From Eledone cirrhosa (Eukaryota): a stretch of 64,000 nucleotides of DNA. The position numbers and the translations under genes were made by a program. Shown piece after piece: positions 55,593 to 64,000 of this stretch; the first letter of the stretch is position 1, and each line of letters starts with the position of its first letter. A model generated the notes under the pieces. It was not told the DNA's origin and made no database searches. It saw only the letters and a list, made by a program, of their open reading frames with translations. The stretch covers positions 34,286,001-34,350,000 of the forward strand of contig OZ024742.1 of the NCBI GenBank assembly GCA_964016885.1, in the 5' to 3' direction.

Positions 55593-56257
55593 GTATATAT
55601 ATGTATATATATATGTATGTATATATATGTATATATATATATATAAAGAAAATCATATGATAATTATGATCCACATGAAATATACACAGGCCAGGACGAA
55701 AATCGATATATAAAAACAAATAGTTTCCCATTAACGGCGGTATTTAAAATTGGAATTGTTTTTCACATTCTACATTTCACTAGGACAATACAGCAACAAG
55801 AAAAATTGATTGTATTAAAACGAAATTTTGAAAGCAATAGATAAATAAATACAATAAAGTAGATCATATAAATTAACAGAACAAAACAAAATAAAAAAAA
55901 ATGGCTTAGATTCGATTAATCAATAAAATAAATAAAAAAAAAAAGCTATAATTTGTTTGGCAAATTGGGCGAAATCAGAAATAATTGAAAACAAAAATAA
56001 ACGAATATTAGAGAAATGTAAATAAATATATATATATATATGTGTGTGTGTGTGTATGGAGAAGGAGAGAGAGAGAGAGAGAGAGTGAGAGAGAGAGAGA
56101 GAGAGAGAGTAAAAGAGAGAGAGAAAGAAAAGCGTTAATGTGGAAACAGGGAGGATTAGATAGGGGTGCTTATTGAATCGAGTAAATCATGCTATATATA
56201 TGGGCGTTATGTGCATACACACATACACACACATACACACACACGCACACACACACA

Positions 56258-56314
<57 letters not shown>

Positions 56315-57016
56315 GTAGTAGTAGTAGTGTTTTTAGCACAGATTAAGCAAACCATTTCTGCATTCACCCTAAAGCGTGTTGTTCTGAAAGTGAGATGCAT
56401 TAACTGTGGACGCAGATGTAAATATTTCGAAAAAATTACGAGCAAAATTCTGAATAAATCAATTTTATGATTGTTCATTTCTTTGTTAGCCCTTGTATAA
56501 TCTTTTATTCTTTTCCTCGGTTACATTGATTAAGATAGTAACACCTTGAGGTAAATTTAGTCGAGTAGCGTTATTGACAAAGCACGAAATTTTGTTAGGT
56601 ATATATTTTATTAATCTACCAAGAAAAAAAATAGGCAATGTCGACCCATGTGTAAAGGAATGTGACCGAGATGGGACTAAATAGCAGGAGATATTTTTAT
56701 CGGTTCCGACGATGAGTGCTTCATTTTTACGCTCTACGGGAGAGCCTGCTTCTGAAATTGAAGTACATGTCACCGAGCATTCCACTGATATGTGTAATCT
56801 TAATGTAGTTCTCATGGTAGTTCGGAGTGACACATTATGAGACAAGGCTGGCCTCTTGAATTACAGGTTCAACTCCATATTGCCAGCTGAATGAACTGAA
56901 CCAAGGTGAAATATACTGTCTTGCTCAAGACCGCAATACATCACCGAGAATCGAACTCATGTTGACCACACTAACCACTAAGCCATGCACCTTCACGTTT
57001 TATATATAAGGTAAAA

Positions 57017-57154
57017 GAGTTCGTGAAATCGAGTTTAAGGACGATTCTGTTTATTTATCGAAGTTTCATTTATTATATTTTTTGTTTGTAATGGTAATTC
57101 GATGCCCCTATTTATATCGGTATTCCCAAACAACTACATATTATTCCCCGCCCC

Positions 57155-57188
<34 letters not shown>

Positions 57189-57194
57189 GTATAC

Positions 57195-57230
<36 letters not shown>

Positions 57231-57368
57231 GGGGGGGGGGATAATATGTAGTTGTTTGGGAATACCGATATAAATAGGGGCATCGAATTACCATTACAAA
57301 CAAAAAATATAATAAATGAAACTTCGATAAATAAACAGAATCGTCCTTAAACTCGATTTCACGAACTC
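57017..57368. repeat. Long palindrome centred on (CT)n(TA)n(AG)n
   Basis: About 128 bp of unique sequence is exactly reverse-complemented on the other side of the TA array. Confidence 0.92.
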
Positions 57369-57473
57369 ACATATATGTATATATATTTCCTAATATATCA
57401 ATCATTAAATTAATTCTACCATTTTTAAAGTAGTATGATTATTATTCAGCTGAATACTCGATACTTGGGATAC

Positions 57474-57594
<121 letters not shown>

Positions 57595-57605
57595 ATATAT
57601 ATATA

Positions 57606-57639
<34 letters not shown>

Positions 57640-58124
57640 GATAGTTAGGTCTGATAAACACAAACACAGCTATATAACAACAATAGTCTTATTAGGTTCA
57701 CACTTGATGTCTATCACCAGCCGTCTTCATACACAATTCTCACCAATGTTTTAACAGATGTGAGGCAACCGAGTCTATAGCAGAACACATATTTCCTACT
57801 ATATGCCTTCATTGGCATACATGTTTATTTATTAATAAAAGATACAGATCAACTTAAATATTTTACGCCGTATGGTCTGAGAAATTCAAAACAAACAAAT
57901 CAAAACAGAAAAAAAAACTTTGATAATAAAGTGAGGCATATTGTAAGGTAAGGTACGGACGAGGAATATAAGGAGGTTCCATTCACTACGAAATCTTTGA
58001 CTGCTTAATGAACACAACCACAAGGATATGGTCCGAACGTGGAAAAGCCGAACTCCCACTGTCATGGCCTCCATCCCTCTCGCCCTCCCCATCTCTCCGT
58101 ATGGTGAGCAAATGGGGTCCCACA

Positions 58125-58390
58125 GCCTCGGCGGACAGAATGGAGAGGGTGTTTCCCCGGAGGATGGTAAGGGAGATGCGTTAGAAGAGCCATTGCAACT
58201 CGTGAGGCTCACACCTGCAGCTGGCCAGCTCAGCGCCTATGGTGGTGAATAGGGAGGTAACCCTAGGGCCGAGGACACCAGAAGTCTCCACTGCCAAGGG
58301 CACGACCGCGAACCTGTCGGAGAGCAACCGGTACTTGGAGAGTTTGGCCTCCTCAGCCAGACGTGCTGCAGACCCTGGGTTAGGTGGGCC
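58125..58390 (-). pseudogene. CRE-type non-LTR retrotransposon RLE C-terminus
   Basis: AARLAEEAKLSKY..VVPLAVETSGVLG..ELQWLF*RISLTILRGNTLSIL. Confidence 0.7.
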
Positions 58391-58946
58391 GGTTGATAAA
58401 AGCAATAAAGTAAGAGGTCTGAATATAAATAGAGGAAACGAAATCACACATACCTTTATAAGAGGAAGATTTCATAATTGACTACAGCGCACTATATTCG
58501 AAACTGCAAGTAAAGGTAAAGATAATCATTTAAAACTTTAGAAATATTAATCCGAATTGAGTTTAAATGACTCTTTATACAGAGAACTACTAATATTGTT
58601 GATTTCTTTAAATTGAAAACATAACTCTATGTACTTATACTTTCGATTGCATCAATATAAGTATTATATAACGGAAATGTAATACATTGTTATTTTTTTA
58701 ATATAAATATCCAATCAGTTTATTTAGGTGTATTGAGGAAATTACAACATAGTATTGGGAGGTGGACAACAAAGGGAAAGATCTGACTGCGTTAAAGGTT
58801 TATAAGGCTGGAAATGTGGAAAAAATAACTTAATGGGAAAATGTAAACGTTTCTGAATCTACTCTTTCCTTTACTCTGCCAACTCACCGCCATTGCATAT
58901 ACATAGGTACGTATATGTATGTAACTCGGTTGACTGGTACACTATC

Positions 58947-58988
<42 letters not shown>

Positions 58989-59197
58989 TCTTAGTTTGAC
59001 ATTGCCGGGGCGGTTGTGGGCCTGAGAATCTACTTTCTACGAAAATGCCCCATATGGCTTGTGTCCTAAAAAAACGAAGTCCAGCTCTATATTTACAGAG
59101 ATGTTGGCCAAATGTAGCCGGATACCTACTTTCATCATATGGTGTTGGACAGAAATAGATATATAAAAAGTACATCATAAAATGACAAGTCAGTCAA

Positions 59198-59445
59198 TCA
59201 TATTGATGACCTCCCCACAGCCCTGGCGGACAGAATGAAGAAAGCGTTTCCCCGGAAGGGGGCGAGGGAGACGCCTTCTTCATTCTTTGCATACCGGAGA
59301 TATTTAGAATTGACAAGGAGAAGGAGTAAAGGCGAGTTACTGGCGCCTAAAAAACAGTCGCTTTGGTAGGCAGTCCTTGACTGCCTTGAGCGGCACTCTA
59401 TAAGGAGAAGGGTCCCTCTGATTTGAAAGTGGAAAGATGGCATTC
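59198..59445 (-). pseudogene. Second, more degraded CRE-type C-terminus
   Basis: VSLAPFRGNAFFILSARAVG aligns to ISLTILRGNTLSILSAEAVG of the previous fragment. Confidence 0.45.
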
Positions 59446-59728
59446 CTTAGACAATTTTAGGACAAACTAGCTACCCCTGGCTGGTGTGTCAGAGGTTGCA
59501 GTCAGAGCACTGAGAGAGAAGTCTCTAACTATTGCTACAGAATATTTTTCTTTAGAGGAAGACTCTAAAGTGAAATATTAACGTGATTACTGGTCACCTT
59601 GCTTAAGGCTGTAATCGGATAATAATCGCTCGGACTTAGAGACTGGTACTCGTTATGTACAAGCGTTTGACACTATAATCCAATATAGATATGTTTCTTT
59701 TACGATATACACTTTTGTCATTCTATAT

Positions 59729-59807
<79 letters not shown>

Positions 59808-59811
<4 letters not shown>

Positions 59812-60047
59812 AAAAAGAGATGAAATCGAAAATGCAACTGGAGTCTTATTTTTTTTAAAAATATATATATTTATTTGGTTCCTTTACCGGTTTCGCAGTT
59901 CTTCTGCGGTAAAGGAACCAAATAAATATATATATTTAAAAAAAAAAATAAGACTCCAGTTGCATTTTCGATTTCATCTCTTTTTCTTTATGCTTTCACT
60001 CGTGTAGGACACCTCGGTTATTTTTCATTTTGTAAAAAAACCCACAC

Positions 60048-60055
<8 letters not shown>
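59808..60055. mobile_element. Family D palindromic fragment
   Basis: Inverted arms homologous to 27228-27512; right arm with a longer tail; TA flanks. Confidence 0.75.
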
Positions 60056-60084
<29 letters not shown>

Positions 60085-60282
60085 AACGAGTAGGACCCCG
60101 ACGGCCGAGCTCAAGCCGTTTCGACGGCTAATTCTGGACTGATTTTTAGTCCAGAATTAGCCGTCGAAACGGCTTGAGCTCGGCCGTCGGGGTCCTACTC
60201 GTTCCTATTACCCACTCTACTACCCTAAGTATTGAGTGCTTTGGTGCTTTATGGTCCATCTGGTTCCCTACCACATTTCCTT

Positions 60283-60320
<38 letters not shown>

Positions 60321-60323
<3 letters not shown>

Positions 60324-60508
60324 ATTGTTTCTACTTTAGGCACAAGGCCATCAATTTCCCAGTGCATTACTGGTACTTTATTTTATCGACCCCGTAAGAA
60401 AGAAAGGCAAAGTCAACCTCGGCGGGATTTGAACTCAGATCGTAAAGGGACGTAACTATGGTGGAAACGATGGCGTCCGACCCTCTACCGATACTGCCAA
60501 TCCACCCT
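60321..60508 (-). mobile_element. tRNA-derived SINE, family 1
   Basis: Reverse full-length copy; a degenerate copy lies at 63700-63845. Confidence 0.85.
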
Positions 60509-60525
60509 ATATATATAATGACGTG

Positions 60526-60560
<35 letters not shown>

Positions 60561-60597
60561 GTATATAAGTATATATATAAATATATATGTATACATA

Positions 60598-60676
<79 letters not shown>

Positions 60677-61040
60677 TTTGGCGCAGATGCTAATATTTAG
60701 TTTTGTTACTGCTGCATTATTATATTTACATTTATAAAGAGTAGGATGTGAATATATAATCTCTGTGTATATATCTTTATTGCTGTGTAAACCTTGTTGC
60801 TAAAGCTAAGCGTTACAAAAGTAATCTTAATAGCTTGATTTCCAGTTTAATTGCTCCCGTGGATTTAGTTGTAACACGAATATAAATGATTAAGATATCG
60901 CCTTTGACAGACGCTCTTAAGACAGATTTAGTGAGAAAATAATCTAGTTACTTTAAACGAAGTATATTGCTAGAAATAAATTAAATGGCCATTGATGCTA
61001 GAATATATGCATATATTACTTGTAGTAGTAGTGGTGGTAC

Positions 61041-61107
<67 letters not shown>

Positions 61108-61405
61108 GAGGGGTAGTAGTAGTAGTAGTAGTAGTACAGGAACTATAACGGAAGGAAAATGCAATCGTAATGATTTAATGTGACTGTCGGTCGTTAAACG
61201 TTATAATAATATTTACGTTCTACTTTTGTTAACTTTGGCGTGCTACTTTGAATGTATATATATATATTTATTTATTTAGGTTTGTTGGTTCACCACTAGA
61301 TTGAACTGGTCATTCCGTATGGTCAACCTCGATGTAATATTATGGAGAGCACTCAACTCACCCGTCTTCGTTTGTGTAGTTGGTAGTGCGAGTACGGAGT
61401 TAATT

Positions 61406-61631
61406 ATTATAAAATAACAGGAGGCTGGACTGGTGTAAATCCTTGAAAGCTTCTATCTCAGCCGGCCGCCCTCAAGGTGCTGAATAGTCGGTCGTCCTTT
61501 TGTCTCTGATTTTCAGCCCCATGGATTTTATCTGTTATATTCCTTTGTTATATTTTGAATACCTGATGATTGAAATGATCATAGTATAATAAACCTTTCA
61601 TGGATTTACACCAGTCCAGCATCCTGTTATT

Positions 61632-61638
<7 letters not shown>
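61406..61638. repeat. Inverted repeat ending in (TA)n, PLE-type
   Basis: 44-bp arms at 61406-61449 and 61595-61638; isolated CTGATGA at 61563. Confidence 0.6.
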
Positions 61639-61714
<76 letters not shown>

Positions 61715-62249
61715 TATATATACATATATGTATTGCAAACTCGACTGTCACCACATATCATGAACCTGAAGATTGCGAAAGCATGAAAGTACTTGTTCAA
61801 TTAACACTTAGAATTTAATATTCTATCATACTATTTCATTATAATACCATTATATATATTTTAAAGGATTGTAAATAAAACGAGTAAATCAGACAAAGTT
61901 GGAATTCCTCTTATTAATATAATCTTCTATACACAATCATACACACCCGTGTATATTTACCTATCTATATCTATATACATATATGTATATATGTATATAC
62001 TGAAGATCGACTCCAACCGTGACTAACCCCACTGAACAGTTTCGTGAAATAGTCTTTTAAGACTATATAGTGCATTTGTAGTTTTCCCCAAATTGACGGT
62101 TAAGTATTACTTCTTGATTTTATTTTGAATTAAGATTGTATTTCTTTTTCCCAAACTTACTACACAAAGTTTGATGACAAAGTTTCTCATCTTGATTTGT
62201 TTAGAATTAAGATTGTATTACTTTTTCCCCTCATCTTACATTAAAAAAA

Positions 62250-62470
62250 TGTAATCACTTATATACCTGATCGTTTGCTGAAACATACCATGCATGATCT
62301 TTTGCTGATAGGCATGCAGTTTTTCATCCATGGATTCACTGCGATACTGCTGAGCGACATCCCTGGGTGTGAGTTTTTGATTATCACACAGGGAATATCT
62401 CTCGAGAAGTTCCTTCCCAACTCTCATGATCTTATCTGTTTCATGCAGATAGACTTGCTCGAGAAGCGGG
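62250..62470 (-). pseudogene. R4/Dong-like LINE fragment
   Basis: LEQVYLHETDKIMRVGKELL...YQQKIMHGMF, resembling the K-x-HG-x-F block of R4-clade ORFs. Confidence 0.4.
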
Positions 62471-62548
62471 CTCCTACGCTTCGAGGTTCGTATGTATGTA
62501 TGTATGTATGTATGTATGTATGTATGTATGTATGTATGTATGTATTTC

Positions 62549-62951
62549 GATGGCCATTGACTCTTAAGAGGAGAGATGGCCCGTTAACCTTTGTCAAGGC
62601 AGAATTCTAGGAGAAGGAAAACTCTGATATAAAACCTGCAACTCTGATGGTCTCCAATGATGTTGACTTATTCTTCTTTTTGGTAAATATCATCTTGGTT
62701 AAGAGAGTGGGACTGGAAAAGCTTCACGGCACAGGCATTGCTTTATATATGGAGATCTCTCTGTACTTGTCGTCACATGGTACCATGGGCCCAGCACTAT
62801 GTGTCAATAATTATCACAAGTGTAGTGTTTGTACCAGAGCTTTCAAGTCGCTGGTTGGACTAAAAAGTCACACTCGTTCATCGCATCGGTAAGGGTTCTC
62901 CTACATGGATATAAAGTAGTGGCCGTACTCGAAAACGAGTTGGCAGCCACC
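62549..62951 (+). mobile_element. Non-autonomous RTE-derived retroelement, copy 3, with 5' inversion
   Basis: 62549-62570 is the reverse complement of the corresponding segment in copies 1 and 2; (TATG)n on both sides. Confidence 0.7.
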
Positions 62952-63358
62952 ATGTATGTATGTATGCATGTATGTATGTATGGGAGCTTATAGATAGGAC
63001 AACACACGCTGTCTCTTCGTGGGGTGAGTTTTTAATTAATTTTTGTATTCTGAAACATCAAAATACAACAATTTGTTGCTCGCTGGACTCGGGAATATCA
63101 TGACAGAAGTTTGTGGAAGTTACACAAATATTTCCGTATATTTTGCCAGAGCAATCCTTATTTATATTTTACATTTTACATTTACTTACATCTCAATATA
63201 ACATGGCTAAAATTTAAATTTTGCAAAGACACCACAAAAACGTCTACACTCTCATCCCACCACCATATTTACATTTACACATGTCATTACCCTATCTAGT
63301 CTAAAGTCACCGACCTGTTGTCAAACCCTCTACTCTGTGTTGAATGTGTATGTGTATA

Positions 63359-63398
<40 letters not shown>

Positions 63399-64000
63399 TA
63401 TGTATATATATACATCACTCAGTCAAACATCCAGATTTCAACCCCAACATCTACCACAACAACAACACCGGCACTACTGTTTACAGCAACAACTGCTTCA
63501 GAATGAAATGAAATGAACATTTACATCAACAACAGCGGCATCAAACGATAAAAAAAAAAAAACACAAAATAACAAAACACACACACAATCACACACAACA
63601 CAACAACAAGATCAACTGACACCACCACCACCATCACCACCATCCTCCGCCGCCATCACCATCACCAGCGATCGGGCCTTAAGAAAACAACAACTTTAAT
63701 AATATTTTTCTGCTTTTGGCACGGAGCCAGTAATTGTTCCAGCTCATTACTGGTACTCTCTTTTGTTGACTCCATGGGGATGAAAGGCAAGGTTGACCTT
63801 GGCGGGATTTGAGCTCGGAGCGTGGAGGGCCATAGCTCTATGATGTAAAACAATTATAATAATACTGAACGGTAACACGAACGGCTTCAACTATACGAAC
63901 TCTTTTGAAAGTCTACAGTTGACATAATCAGTAATGACGGTAATATATATGCATATATGTGTGTGTGTGTGAGTAGCGTGTGTGTGTTTGTTTGTATGTA

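Overview
AT-rich, microsatellite-saturated eukaryotic DNA. The SINE and LINE repertoire suggests an octopod cephalopod (recognised from memory, not database-verified). I could not identify a host protein-coding gene; most short ORFs in the track are translations of simple repeats. Recognisable coding elements are a decayed 5-kb L1/Tx1-type LINE with a target-site duplication (TSD), two Penelope-like elements (PLEs; RT plus C-terminal GIY-YIG) inserted in (TA)n, an internally deleted mariner, and RTE, CR1, CRE and R4/Dong remnants. Non-coding repeats include more than 15 tRNA-derived SINE copies, Tc1/mariner and piggyBac MITEs and Helitron-like elements. The main observation is that about 20 type-I hammerhead ribozyme (HHR) motifs lie in short non-coding cassettes embedded in (TA)n arrays, many as head-to-head palindromes. 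At least three families occur as greater-than-unit-length, circularly permuted repeats (units of about 175, 425-500 and 657 nt) with one HHR per unit and compensatory base changes between subfamilies. This is the pattern expected of retrozyme-like circular RNAs mobilised by microsatellite-targeting PLEs; activity and circularity are inferred, not shown.
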